A stretch of 63,576 bases of DNA, the filler included, from Octopus bimaculoides (lineage: Eukaryota), in the NCBI RefSeq assembly GCF_001194135.2. It is 7 parts of 7 records of this genome, joined end to end, with 100 filler letters (N's around TTAATTAATTAA, not from the genome) between each part and the next. Parts side by side here need not be neighbours in the genome. Positions count along the whole stretch, not along the records: positions 1 to 15,622 come from NC_068994.1; 6 more parts are not named here. One strand, 5' to 3'. The notes below the pieces were generated by a model that saw nothing but the letters and a program-made list of their open reading frames with translations, did not search any database and was not told the origin of the DNA. The position numbers and the translations under genes were made by a program. Shown here one piece after another: positions 1-14,175 of this stretch. Numbering within the stretch: position 1 is the stretch's first letter; the number at the start of each line of letters is the position of its first letter.

Positions 1-119
1 AGTTGACTTAATCCCTTTATCTGTCCTTGTTTGTCCCCCTCTATGTGTAGCCCCTTGTGGGCAGTAAAGAAATAAGAGACCCTTATTGAAGGGCGATAAA
101 CTGCTAGAATCGTTTAGAG

Positions 120-311
120 CAGTCATGGGCTGACTGCGGCACGCGGGACTTTCGGAATGGCACGCGAACGAAAAATTACCTTGATATAATTTTTTTAATT
201 TAAAAAATTTTTTTTATTAAAAATTTTTTTTTTTTTTTAATATAGTGCTTTACTTGAAGATGAACTGTGTCTCATGCGACCCGTTTCTCGAAAAAAGGTT
301 GCCGATGTCGG
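120..311. mobile_element. Degenerate hAT-type MITE
   Basis: Ends cagtcatgggctgactgcggcacgcggg ... aaaaaaggttgccgatgtcgg resemble hAT (Charlie-like) termini; flanks gtttagag / tgttagag form a 6/8 TSD. Confidence 0.45.
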
Positions 312-507
312 TGTTAGAGTGTCGGATAAAACGCCTAAATATCTTTTCAATTTTTTTTCATTCGGGGTTCAAATCTCGATGAGACTAAGTTTGCCTATAA
401 TCTACTCTGGGGTGGATAAACTAAAGTACTACTCTGGTGATAGGGTCAATAACCTCAACAAACAACTGCCCCTAAAATTCCAGGCCTTGAAGACTATCAT
501 AAAAGCT

Positions 508-537
<30 letters not shown>

Positions 538-538
<1 letters not shown>

Positions 539-720
539 AGGTGGCGAGCTGGCAGAATCGTTCGCGTGCCAGACAAAATGCTTAGCGGTATTTCGCCCGT
601 CGCTGCATTCTGAGTTCAAATTCCGCCGAGATCGACTTTACCTTACATCCTTTCGGGATCGATAAAATAAGTACCAGTTGAACACAGGGATCGATCTAAT
701 CGATTAATCCCCTCCCACCC
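538..720 (+). mobile_element. tRNA-derived SINE family A
   Basis: Head ggtggcgagctggcagaatcg (A box) and gagttcaaattccgcc (B box); homologous to more than 10 other copies in the window. Confidence 0.85.
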
Positions 721-857
721 CACAAATTATTATTATTATTATTATTATATTATTTATTAATTAATTACTGGGTGGTCGGGTGGTCTACTAACCCCTACTC
801 CTAAAATTGTTGGCATTGTGCCAAAATTTGAAATCCTTATTATTGTTGTTGTTGTTA

Positions 858-1275
858 GGGCGGCAAGCTGGTAGAATCGTTAGCACGCCGGGCGTAATGC
901 TTTGAGGCATTCCGTCCGTCTTTGCGTTCCGAGTTCGAATTCCACCGAAGTCCACTTTGCCTTTCATCTTTACGGGGTCGAAAAAAATTAAGCGCCTGTT
1001 GAATACTGAGATCGATGTAATCGACTTGACCCCTTCCCCCAAAATTTCAGGCCTTGTGCCTACAGTGGAAAGGATTGGCATTAAAGCGGCGAGCTGGCAG
1101 AATCGTTAAGCAAGGCTGAACGAAATGCTTAGCGGCATTTCGCCAGTCGCTACGTTCCGAGTTCAAATTCCGCCGAGATCGGCTTTGCCTTGCATCCTTT
1201 AGAGGTCGATAAATTCAGTACCATTAAAAACACTGGGGACGATGTAACCCTCCCCCCAAATGACTGCCCTTGTGG
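858..1275 (+). mobile_element. Two tandem SINE family A copies (858-~1081 and ~1082-1275)
   Basis: Two consecutive ggcg..agctgg.agaatcgttag...gagttc.aattcc heads with bodies. Confidence 0.85.
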
Positions 1276-1292
1276 CAAAATTTGAAATCATA

Positions 1293-1325
<33 letters not shown>

Positions 1326-1946
1326 ACTTCTACTATTACTACTTTCACCACTACCATCGTCATTCATCCGTCGCATTTATACAAATCACACACACACATC
1401 AATACTAACACAACAAACGACCTTACTCCACCACTTTTTCCCCAATCCTTATGAGAGAGCTTCCACGTGGTCGCTCTTTATGCCAGAAATAACAGCCAAA
1501 GCACCCTCAAACCCACACACCTTGCGGTTGTTTGTTAATCGGGAGAGTGCAATGGACAAATCTAATTTTGGTTTAATTCTGCCAAACCCCTAAAGGGGAA
1601 CGACCAGACTCGGCTGGAATGGCTTTGATCCTAAATACCATAAGTCTGCTCGCCTAGAGCGGCCCTGAGACGAAACAAAAACACTTCCACCATCTCCACC
1701 ACCATTTTTACGCAGAAAGTCAGATTATCTCACAACACACACACACACACACACTAAACAGTAGCCGGTGCAATCAGCAACGTACATTAAAATACTATTT
1801 ATAAGGATAAAACTACATCATCATCATTATTCTCGTCGGAGCCGCTACACAGTCAGCCATCCATGCTAGAAACAGCAGTCAAACCTCCTTCAAATTACAT
1901 TCTACTGCTTTAAAAAAATACGGAACACTTTTGCCAATGTAATCCA

Positions 1947-1977
<31 letters not shown>

Positions 1978-1988
1978 CGTATTTAGGT

Positions 1989-2160
1989 GCAGGCGTGGCT
2001 GTGTGATGAGAAGCATACATCTCAACCACATGGTCCAGGGTTCAGTCCCACCGAGTGACACTCTGCTATTATAGCCCAGGGCCAACCAAAGCTTTGTGGG
2101 TGGATTTGGTAGACGGAATCTGAAAGAAACCTGTCATGTATATATATATATATATATATA

Positions 2161-2203
<43 letters not shown>

Positions 2204-2330
2204 ACGTCCCTGTAACTTACAAGTAGAATAATTACCAGGCTTTAGAAAATAAGGGGTCGATTTATTCAACTAAAATTCTTCAAGGCGGTGCCCCAGCATG
2301 GCCACAATCAGGTGACAAACAAAATAAAGG
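1989..2330 (+). mobile_element. tRNA-derived SINE family B (CORE-like) with internal (TA)n(TG)n
   Basis: Head ggcgtggctgtgtg...gggttcagtccca, body gtggatttggtagacggaa, tail ccccagcatggcc; homologous to the 36740 copy. Confidence 0.85.
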
Positions 2331-2886
2331 ATATCTATCTATCTATCTATAATATAATATAAATATATAAATATGCATATATACATACATATATGTACAT
2401 ACCTACATATATATATATCTATATTTATTTATATATATATATATATATAATATAATATAATATAAATAATATATAAATATATGCATATATACATCCATAT
2501 TTGTACATACCTACATATAATGTATATATATATATACATGCATATATGAGCACAGGACATCATAGCTATCGGCTGGAGTGAGGTGAAATATTTTTAGCGT
2601 AAGCCTGTTTCGTCTGCTCCATCGTGTGGGGCAGTCGAGCTGGATAGAGTTAGGCAACAACAATAACAAACACATCTATAATCAACAGTGCACATATATT
2701 ATCATCATCATCAACATCATCACCCTGAACAAACAACGCTAATTCTTCCATAATTATTACAACCCCCATTGTCGTTGACTTTTTCAATAAAACTGCCGCT
2801 AGTCTCTCTCACACACGCATTAGTGTCTGCAATTGTTTTATATCATCATTAAAGCATACATCACAGTTGCATACATACAAACACTC

Positions 2887-2930
<44 letters not shown>

Positions 2931-2971
2931 CAAACACGCACTGGACAGAAACTCATGAACACACACACATG

Positions 2972-3002
<31 letters not shown>

Positions 3003-3743
3003 AACATTAAATACATATGAATGGTTGATAGCCGAAGCTTTTGAAGTAAAATAACTAAAAAGAAGGAAAAAAAAAGATGTGTGAGACAGAGAATGAAAGA
3101 GAGAGCGTAGAGTGAAAAAGAAAGATATATATATATACATACATATATATATATATAGGGAGAGAGAGAGAGAGAGAGAGAGAAAGACATATATATATAT
3201 ATATANNNNNNNNNNNNNNNNNNNNNNNNNNNNNNNNNNNNNNNNNNNNNNNNNNNNNNNNNNNNNNNNNNNNNNNNNNNNNNNNNNNNNNNNNNNNNNN
3301 NNNNNNNNNNNNNNNNNNNNNNNNNNNNNNNNNNNNNNNNNNNNNNNNNNNNNNNNNNNNNNNNNNNNNNNNNNNNNNNNNNNNNNNNNNNNNNNNNNNN
3401 NNNNNNNNNNNNNNNNNNNNNNNNNNNNNNNNNNCATAGAGAAAGGCAAAGAGAGACAGTTCGTTAGTAATTGAATGGGGTGGTAAAATGAGAGAAAGTG
3501 AGAGAGATAGTAATGAAATTATAATGAAAAGCGGAGGAAAGATAGTGCAGAATAGGAGGGAGAGAGAGAGAGGGAGAAAGAGAGAAAAAGGGGGCTGGGA
3601 AGGGAAAGAAGAGAACTGAGAGGAAGTGAAAGTAAACAGCGGAAAGTGGAGAGAGATTGGGTGAGGAAGAGAAAGGAGAGAGAGAAGTGAGTGTGTGTGG
3701 TAAAAATATATAGAAAATATGATGTGGGAAGAGTTAAATGAAG

Positions 3744-4420
<677 letters not shown>

Positions 4421-4831
4421 GCGGTAAAAGAGAGAGAACGAAAGAAAAAGAGATTAAATAATAAAGAGTGAGGAAAGAATGTGTGCGTATGTGAAAGAGA
4501 GAGAGAGAGAGAGAGAGAATGAGAGGGGTGGAGGGAGGGAGGGAGAGAGAATGAGAGAAGACAGGAATTAATGCATGAAGATAAAAATACGCAACAACGA
4601 TATAAAAGTCAACAAAACGAGAATAAATACAAAAAAATTACATATTAAATCTAAAAAAGTACCGAAAATTCCAGAGAGTGAGTATGAAGGAAAGAAAGAA
4701 AGAAAGATTGAAAGAACAACAGAGGGAAGAAGAAGACAGAGAGTGAATGAGTGAGAGAGAGTGAATGAGTGAGAGAGAGTGAACGAGTGAGAGAGAGAGA
4801 CAGAGAGAATCCAAAGAACGGGTCTACTTAC

Positions 4832-5014
4832 ATTCGCCTGAGAATTGTTTCGAATCACAGCTGCTGTCCGCTTGCTCCTGTCCCCGTCCTTATCCTGGTT
4901 TTTATTGACGACGAAGTTTTCAGCCCTTACAAATAGCCTTTCATCGTGGTGAAACGGCAGAAGACATACAGTACACAAGCTGGAGTAGATAAGGAAAAGT
5001 TTCGCAAGTCCCAT
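4832..5014 (-). CDS. First coding exon (61 codons) of an unidentified secretory-pathway protein with a furin-type cleavage site; gene continues toward lower coordinates
   Basis: ATG at 5014 in strong context (agaATGg). Translates MGLAKLFLIYSSLCTVCLLPFHHDERLFVRA-ENFVVNKNQDKDGDRSKR-TAAVIRNNSQAN: hydrophobic N-terminus, V-R-A cleavage-like motif, RSKR. Followed exactly at a codon boundary by GTAAGT (4831-4826) and then CT-rich intron-like sequence. Confidence 0.75.
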
Positions 5015-5027
5015 TCTAGATACTGTG

Positions 5028-5028
5028 C

Positions 5029-5073
<45 letters not shown>

Positions 5074-5086
5074 TGTTGTAGTAGTG
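5028..5086 (-). repeat. (CTA)n/(TAG)n trinucleotide repeat in the putative 5' UTR of the minus-strand gene
   Basis: agt repeats on + ending about 13 nt upstream of the ATG at 5014. Confidence 0.9.
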
Positions 5087-5619
5087 GAACATGAGTGTGT
5101 GTTCGTTCGTTTTTTGTTCGGAGCAACGGTGCGACGGAAGATCGGTTGACCGGTTGTATAGCAGGATAGCAATACATCCATCCAATCGGTTGTGTGGTGT
5201 TTCGGTGGAATGCAAGTTGGCATCGAGAAGAGGTACGCGGTACGACGGACGGTGTCGGTCGGTCGGTTTGNNNNNNNNNNNNNNNNNNNNNNNNNNNNNN
5301 NNNNNNNNNNNNNNNNNNNNNNNNNNNNNNNNNNNNNNNNNNNNNNNNNNNNNNNNNNNNNNNNNNNNNNNNNNNNNNNNNNNNNNNNNNNNNNNNNNNN
5401 NNNNNNNNNNNNNNNNNNNNNNNNNNNNNNNNNNNNNNNNNNNNNNNNNNNNNNNNNNNNNNNNNNNNNNNNNNNNNNNNNNNNNNNNNNNNNNNNNNNN
5501 NNNNNNNNNNNNNNNNNNNNNNNNNNNNNNNNNNNNNNNNNNNNNNNNNNNNNNNNNNNNNNNNNNNNNNNNNNNNNNNNNNNNNNNNNNNNNNNNNNNN
5601 NNNNNNNNNNNNNNNNNTA

Positions 5620-5665
<46 letters not shown>

Positions 5666-5756
5666 CACATGTATGTATATTTACGCAAACTCATACATAC
5701 ATTCATTTATACATACTCACACAAACACACACCCATGCATACATACTCATTTACAA

Positions 5757-5787
<31 letters not shown>

Positions 5788-5840
5788 TACACACATATAC
5801 AACCATATACATACCAATATATAAATGTATAGATGTGTGC

Positions 5841-5881
<41 letters not shown>

Positions 5882-7074
5882 CTCATGCTCATATTAATTC
5901 TTATACAGGCTTCATTCATTGGACTGCGGTCATGTTGGAGCAGCACTAAAGTGTTTAACTATACCACCACCAGTATATATATACATATATTTTTTTAATT
6001 CTTTCACTTCGTTTATCGATTCTTTCTGTCGAATTGCCGCGTTAAAAGACACTAAAACCGATTTGGATTTTAGCAGTAGATCTTCGATAGCGACCTTGAT
6101 GTATATAAATTCATGTGTATGCATGTGTGTGTGTATAAACGAGTAAGGAATTATATACACATAGGAGTTTGTGTTTGCACACAAACATAAACGTAAGCAT
6201 ATTTAAATAAAACATACTATACACACACACACGCACGCACATGTGCACGAGCGCACGTATAATATACATAGATATGAAAATACATACACACATGACAGAC
6301 CTCTGTTTTGTGTGTATAAGAATACTACAAACTGCAACATGTTCTATATACAATCTTTATTATAAACATATATAAATGAATATACACAAGCGTGTGTATA
6401 TGTACATATATATATATACATATGCATGTGAGAGTGTGTATGTGTGTGTATATATATATATATTTGTATTATTATTTGTATTATATATATATATATATAT
6501 GCGTGTGTGTGTGTGTGCAAGTGTGTNNNNNNNNNNATTATTTGTATTATATATATATATATATATATATATACATGCATGTTTTTGCATAGCTATACAT
6601 ATATCCATATATATACATATATATATATGTGTGTGAGTGAGTGAGTGAGCGTGTGTGTATGTGCGTGCGTGCGTACATGCGTGTGTGTGTGTTTTTTCAT
6701 CCAAACATGTACATACAGATACATATACAGTCTAAAGAAATGCGGCGTCAACTGATCCTCAGGTAGTTTTACCGGTAAATATTCCACCTGTTCGATCAAC
6801 TATCCAACAAACTTCCCAAGTGGCCGAGTACTCCACGGACACGTGTATCCTTAACGTAATCCTCCTGCAAAGTCAATCTGATTGCATCAGAAAGCAGGTG
6901 TGGGCGGGGCTTTAATTAACAGGTAAAAATCCATCCAAAAGGTTTCCAGACTATTCCTCTCTACCAAGTTTTACTCATCTGGTTTAGGTGAAGTAGAAAA
7001 TACAAAGCGTCCGTCAGGGTTCGAACCCGAGTAATAACGACTGAAACGCCATCCCTGTCTATAATGATTCTTTT

Positions 7075-7511
7075 GTCTGTTACCTGTTTCAATCGTTTGA
7101 CTGTGGGCATGTTGGGGGCACCGCTTTGCTGGGTTTAGTTGGGCAAAATTGACCTCTGTGCTTATTATAAGCCTAATATTTATTCTATCGTTCTCTTTTG
7201 CCGACTCAATAACTTAGAGGAATGCAAACAAACTAACATAGGTTTTCAAGCTGTCGTGAGGACAGAAAACTCCACACACACACACATTTTGAGGACTTTA
7301 TTCTCGGTGATTTTTACCAAGTTCTGTCGAACAGGTAACTCCATGATTTTGAAAATTCCGAAGGTCCAGAATAATTGCTCATTACATTTTCGAAAGAAGC
7401 TTGGATCTTAAACTAGTAGTGGCCTTTTGGCCAGGAAATTCAATCAATAATTTCACGTCTATATCCCAGGGTGTAAAAACGATCTTTGCTTTATTATTTT
7501 TTTACTTCTCA

Positions 7512-7550
<39 letters not shown>

Positions 7551-7715
7551 GGCATCTCTGTATTCTAACGAATTATATATATATATATATATGTGATTGT
7601 CATCTTTCGGTTTCCGTCTAACAAATCTTTTAACAAGGCCCGAGGCTATAGTAGAAGACAGCAGCCGAAGGTGCCACGCAGTGGGAATGAACCCAGAAAC
7701 ATGTGGCTGGGAAGC
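7075..7715 (-). mobile_element. SINE family B pieces (tail ~7075-7290, head/body ~7605-7715)
   Basis: Reverse complement of the family B tail (tactggtttcagtc...catgttggggcaccgc-like) and head (gtgccacgcagtgggaatgaacccagaaacatgtgg). Confidence 0.7.
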
Positions 7716-7740
7716 AAGGTAGATAGAAAGATAGATTTAT

Positions 7741-7777
<37 letters not shown>

Positions 7778-7780
7778 AAA

Positions 7781-7891
7781 GGCGGCGAGCTGGCAGAAAC
7801 GTTAGCACGCCGGGCGAAATGCCTAGCGGTATTTCGTCTGCCGCTACGTTCTGAGTTCAAATTCCGCCGAGGTCGACTTTGCCTTTCATCC
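7781..7891 (+). mobile_element. SINE family A, truncated by gap
   Basis: ggcggcgagctggcagaaacgttagcacgccgggcgaaatgcc...gagttcaaattccgccgaggtcgac. Confidence 0.9.
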
Positions 7892-10184
7892 NNNNNNNNN
7901 NNNNNNNNNNNNNNNNNNNNNNNNNNNNNNNNNNNNNNNNNNNNNNNNNNNNNNNNNNNNNNNNNNNNNNNNNNNNNNNNNNNNNNNNNNNNNNNNNNNN
8001 NNNNNNNNNNNNNNNNNNNNNNNNNNNNNNNNNNNNNNNNNNNNNNNNNNNNNNNNNNNNNNNNNNNNNNNNNNNNNNNNNNNNNNNNNNNNNNNNNNNN
8101 NNNNNNNNNNNNNNNNNNNNNNNNNNNNNNNNNNNNNNNNNNNNNNNNNNNNNNNNNNNNNNNNNNNNNNNNNNNNNNNNNNNNNNNNNNNNNNNNNNNN
8201 NNNNNNNNNNNNNNNNNNNNNNNNNNNNNNNNNNNNNNNNNNNNNNNNNNNNNNNNNNNNNNNNNNNNNNNNNNNNNNNNNNNNNNNNNNNNNNNNNNNN
8301 NNNNNNNNNNNNNNNNNNNNNNNNNNNNNNNNNNNNNNNNNNNNNNNNNNNNNNNNNNNNNNNNNNNNNNNNNNNNNNNNNNNNNNNNNNNNNNNNNNNN
8401 NNNNNNNNNNNNNNNNNNNNNNNNNNNNNNNNNNNNNNNNNNNNNNNNNNNNNNNNNNNNNNNNNNNNNNNNNNCGTTTTATTTGCTTTTTTCATTTTAA
8501 ATTTGCTTTAGCCCTAACCCTAGGGTTAAGGTTAATTGTTTCAGAATCGTTTGTTTATGTAGTCGGCACTTAATGTATATCGGCTGAATGGACGTCAGTG
8601 ATTGGTTGAAATTACAGAAATACGACAACTTTAACATGGAATAACTTATGGATTTCTTTTTTTTTTAAGAAGACTAAGAGAAAAAGATGTTTTATATGAC
8701 ACGTTCTACCAGTGTTCCAAGTTTCAAAGTGTTTCGTTAATGAAAAATGTGGCCCCCGTTTTAAAAAAGATCCCGGACAACTTCTCTTTATCGTCATAGA
8801 TGCATAGACGTGTAAGATGACTAACCTCCACATTACCTAGGCGGCCAACAAGTGTTTGTTTAGGAGACTAACACAAGCTAACGGTGTACACCAGAAAGCT
8901 GTACCCTACAAAGCTTACGTCCTCAGCACACACCCCCATTAAGACGAGTCAAGTGCGACGTCTCAACATTTCCACCCACGCAGCCTGAAACGGATTCTGG
9001 ACATGAAAGTGGACTGACCGAGTGACCAACAACGAAGTAATGGTTGGCGCTCAAATGTCCAACTTCTTCTTCCTACTTCATCTACGATGTTTCCGCTGCT
9101 TGGAATCGCCGTCTACGTAGTCACTCAGTTTGCTAAAAATAGCAGCTAACTCTCAGTCTGTCCTCTTGAAAGAGCATGAGACACTGTGTAATGTAATTGT
9201 AATTAGATTATATGACAAAGAGAAAAAAAGTGGCTACTATTGGAACGCATTATTTTGATCGTAGGTTTCTTTTACTCTTTTACTTGTTTCAGTCANNNNN
9301 NNNNNNNNNNNNNNNNNNNNNNNNNNNNNNNNNNNNNNNNNNNNNNNNNNNNNNNNNNNNNNNNNNNNNNNNNNNNNNNNNNNNNNNNNNNNNNNNNNNN
9401 NNNNNNNNNNNNNNNNNNNNNNNNNNNNNNNNNNNNNNNNNNNNNNNNNNNNNNNNNNNNNNNNNNNNNNNNNNNNNNNNNNNNNNNNNNNNNNNNNNNN
9501 NNNNNNNNNNNNNNNNNNNNNNNNNNNNNNNNNNNNNNNNNNNNNNNNNNNNNNNNNNNNNNNNNNNNNNNNNNNNNNNNNNNNNNNNNNNNNNNNNNNN
9601 NNNNNNNNNNNNNNNNNNNNNNNNNNNNNNNNNNNNNNNNNNNNNNNNNNNNNNNNNNNNNNNNNNNNNNNNNNNNNNNNNNNNNNNNNNNNNNNNNNNN
9701 NNNNNNNNNNNNNNNNNNNNNNNNNNNNNNNNNNNNNNNNNNNNNNNNNNNNNNNNNNNNNNNNNNNNNNNNNNNNNNNNNNNNNNNNNNNNNNNNNNNN
9801 NNNNNNNNNNNNNNNNNNNNNNNNNNNNNNNNNNNNNNNNNNNNNNNNNNNNNNNNNNNNNNNNNNNNNNNNNCTAAGAACGTAACTGAAGTGAAATAAC
9901 TACGACCAGGGATGGAAAGAGTTTCGTGAAACTTACCTCATCGAGGGCGTATAGATATTAGAATGGCCGACCGATATCATTTTTGTTTTGTTTCACAGAA
10001 CTCTATTATCATAAATATTATTTTTTATTTGCCCTGTATTTGAAAAGGAGAATCTTTCTCGAAATATTTTAGGACCATTTATCATATCTTTACTGTTTTT
10101 ATTTATTGATACCATCTTACATATTCTGCTTTTATTTTTCACCTACATTCCTCAACGGCCTTTTTTCTTTCAAACACGCTGGTG

Positions 10185-10223
<39 letters not shown>

Positions 10224-10638
10224 GCAAGTTATCCTACAATAGCGTGAAAAGTGGATAAATATTCCAGAGATATATGTAAACTTACCGTGTTACCCATATT
10301 AGCATCAACATGATATATTGTAACAAGGCCAGACTTTTCAATGACAAGTACAAACCGTCCGACTGGTTTCTATATTTTTCATAAATCGAATTTCATGCAG
10401 AAGGCTCGATTCGACCCGAAATTATATCAAAGACATTTGTTCAAGATATCGAGCGATAGGATTGAACCAAGAACCATACGGTTATGAAACTAACTTCGTA
10501 ACCACTCAGCCATGCATGCATTCAGACACATGTATTAATTAGCCTTTTAGTTTAAAAAGCGGAGGCTGGTAGGTCAGTGGTATTGGCTGAAGTGCACACA
10601 CACACATACACACACACACATACACACACACACACGTG

Positions 10639-10688
<50 letters not shown>

Positions 10689-11720
10689 TGAGTGGACAAA
10701 CGGAAGTGGTGTGCAACATATTTATAAGAGTTACATATATATTTTTAGTAATAATTTGACTCAACTCCACATGACTTGACGTTTCGTGAGGGCGTAGGAC
10801 ACGTCCATCTCATCAGATATTAAGTGTGTGTGTGTGTGTGTATACATAGTGATACCCGCAGGTATGTGAGAGAGAAAGAGTGAATGTGTAGAGTATGGCC
10901 GTATGAAGAGGAGAGGAAAAGAAAGAAAAATAATAAGAGATAATGGAAGAATAAGGAGATTTACAAAAGGCGACGAAAAGAAAACAAATATATCTATAAG
11001 CACACACACACATATCCACACTTACACCTATCTACACATATACAAACACACGCACACACTCACAGACAGACGTGTATACACATACATGTGTGCGTGTGTG
11101 TGTGTGTATGTGTGTAAGTCAAAAGAGATTAAGAGATTAGAATAGGCTAGAGAGATTGGGGTGAAGAAAAGGTACTTTGGTAAGGATGGTTAACGAAGGA
11201 AAAAAAAAAGAGATGATGATGATGATGATGATAATGAAAACCATGATGACGATGATGGTAGTGGTGGCAGTGGTAGGGGTTGTGGTAGATGTAGTGGTGT
11301 CTTACTGAGGAAGATGATGGCGATGGTGATGAAGAAGACAATCGTGATGATTATCATACCAGCATTGATAGGAGTACGATGACAGACGATGGTGTAAGTG
11401 ATGGTGGCGATGGTGTTAGTGGTATGATGGTTATGGTGGTAGTGGTGGTGGTGGTAAAAGTGATGGTGAAGATGGAGGTGATAGTTTCGATTTTGTTTCT
11501 TTTTTTCCCCCTCGCTTATTTATATTGGTATTTCCAAAGGTTTACGTTGTAGAAGTCCTTCGCTTCTCCGTACGAAAATAAACTAAATTAGACTGAAAAA
11601 ATAATCAAACAACGTATGTATATACATACATGCAAACATACATACATACATAAAAGCATAAATACAGAAATGCACAAATACATACGAACATATAACTATA
11701 CACGCCTACAGCTATACACT

Positions 11721-11917
11721 TTTTTACTCTTTTACTTGTTTCAGTCATTTGACTGTGGCCATGCTGGAGCTCCGCCTTTAGTCGAGCAAATCGACCCCGG
11801 GACTTATTCTTTGGAAGCCTAGTACTTATTCGTCGGTCCCTTTTGCCGAACCGCTAAGTTACGGGGACGTAAACACACCAGCATCGGTTGTCAAGCGATG
11901 TTGAGGGGACAAACACA

Positions 11918-11963
<46 letters not shown>

Positions 11964-12016
11964 CATATATATATATACGACAGGCTTCTTTCAGTTTCCG
12001 TCTACCAAATCCACTC
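11721..12016 (-). mobile_element. SINE family B, truncated by gap
   Basis: Near-consensus reverse copy: ttttacttgtttcagtcatttgactgtggccatgctggagc...gaaccgctaagttacggggacgtaaacacaccagcatcggttgtcaagcg. Confidence 0.9.
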
Positions 12017-12909
12017 NNNNNNNNNNNNNNNNNNNNNNNNNNNNNNNNNNNNNNNNNNNNNNNNNNNNNNNNNNNNNNNNNNNNNNNNNNNNNNNNNNNN
12101 NNNNNNNNNNNNNNNNNNNNNNNNNNNNNNNNNNNNNNNNNNNNNNNNNNNNNNNNNNNNNNNNNNNNNNNNNNNNNNNNNNNNNNNNNNNNNNNNNNNN
12201 NNNNNNNNNNNNNNNNNNNNNNNNNNNNNNNNNNNNNNNNNNNNNNNNNNNNNNNNNNNNNNNNNNNNNNNNNNNNNNNNNNNNNNNNNNNNNNNNNNNN
12301 NNNNNNNNNNNNNNNNNNNNNNNNNNNNNNNNNNNNNNNNNNNNNNNNNNNNNNNNNNNNNNNNNNNNNNNNNNNNNNNNNNNNNNNNNNNNNNNNNNNN
12401 NNNNNNNNNNNNNNNNNNNNNNNNNNNNNNNNNNNNNNNNNNNNNNNNNNNNNNNNNNNNNNNNNNNNNNNNNNNNNNNNNNNNNNNNNNNNNNNNNNNN
12501 NNNNNNNNNNNNNNNNNNNNNNNNNNNNNNNNNNNNNNNNNNNNNNNNNNNNNNNNNNNNNNNNNNNNNNNNNNNNNNNNNNNNNNNNNNNNNNNNNNNN
12601 NNNNNNNNNNNNNNNNNNNNNNNNNNNNNNNNNNNNNNNNNNNNNNNNNNNNNNNNNNNNNNNNNNNNNNNNNNNNNNNNNNNNNNNNNNNNNNNNNNNN
12701 NNNNNNNNNNNNNNNNNNNNNNNNNNNNNNNNNNNNNNNNNNNNNNNNNNNNNNNNNNNNNNNNNNNNNNNNNNNNNNNNNNNNNNNNNNNNNATTGTGA
12801 AGCCTGCCAGAAAGCGATATTGTGACACCGAGTTTGTACGACCGTCCACTTGATACGAACGTCTCTTTTGTCGCTTGTTCATTATTTGACCATAAATACA
12901 CATACATAC

Positions 12910-12948
<39 letters not shown>

Positions 12949-13829
12949 AAACTGTCTTTGCTTCGCTGTTATTAAATTTAGTTAAGATATGACTGTTGGG
13001 TTATTTGAGCTTCAGTTCGCCGCGTCGAATGCCTGAGTTAGAGTTTTTTTCGATGGTGAGAAATAGATAAATCAACTTCCACTAAATTGACATGAAATCA
13101 CTCGCTGATACACCGCAAACTCTACACTTGAGACGGGCTGTCTCTTCTCGCTCTACTACTACTACCACTACTACTACTCCCACCATCTCCTCTTTTCAGA
13201 GCTGGCGTTTCTCTTTCTAGTTTTACTCAAAACTCTCATGTCACTCCTCTCTTCTTTTCAATCATATTGCGTACTCTCGGCTTTTCGTCCTTACTACCTG
13301 TTGCAAAGGAGATGTACTACTGAAGCTACAATCAGTAGCTTCACTAGCACTTCCATCGGTCTTGGAGAGCTTCCACTGGCCCATGTCCACTATGCGTCTG
13401 CTTATGTATGAGTTACCCAAGGCAAGAATTCATATTTTAAAAGAAGACTAGCAATTTCCCATCCGTGCGAGTCTCCCCTTTCTACGACGCCGATGTGTTG
13501 TACGACAAGGGAAAAGCCGCCGACTTGGGCCGACATAGCAATGACAACAGTATTGTCGCAGGTAATGGGGGGGGGGTGTCAAAATCCAANNNNNNNNNNA
13601 TGGGGGGGGGGTGTCAAAATCCAAAGACACGGGACAAATACTGCAAAGCATCTCGTACGATTTTGTAATAGTTCCGTTTATCTAACATCCAACACCTTGT
13701 ATGCCTATTATCTGTCAGTCCAGAAGTTCCCGTCCATACCGAAACCTTCGGTCTGTAGTTCTGGCATGTTCCTCATCCATCGCCGGTTCGCTATGCCTAT
13801 TGTGACTCCACCATATTACTCATTGTTAC

Positions 13830-14175
13830 CAGCTGAGTTCACCGGAGCAATGTGAAATGAAGTGTTTTACTCAAACACACAACGCATCACCCGGTTCGGA
13901 AATCGAACCCACGATTTTACGCACGCGGGTGCAAGCTCTAACGTATCTTCACAGTGACAGGCAATACTGGCTTTGAATTACAGGTACAACAGAACCAGGA
14001 AGTAAGAGTGAGAGAAAGTTCTGGCGAAAGAGTACAACAGGGTTCGCCACCATCCCCTGCCGGAGCTTCAGGTGTTTTCGCTCAATAAACACTCACAACA
14101 CCCCAGTCTGGGAATCGAAACCGCGATCCTATGACCACGAGTCCGCTGCCCTAACAAATGGGACATTGCCTCCTC
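13830..14175 (-). mobile_element. Two further tRNA-headed SINE-like elements (~13830-13945 and ~13950-14175)
   Basis: Reverse-strand B-box motifs gtgggttcgatttccg and gcggtttcgattccca; the first family recurs at ~23100-23285, ~41695-41940, ~43830-43960 and ~44430-44570. Confidence 0.65.

Noticed and set aside
7781-7870. tRNA-like A/B boxes in many places
   Set aside because: All continue into SINE bodies and lack a complete cloverleaf; SINE heads, not tRNA genes.
8511-8532. Telomere-like ccctaaccctagggtt palindrome
   Set aside because: Only about two units inside what looks like a DNA-transposon remnant (~8475-8775); not a telomere or interstitial array.
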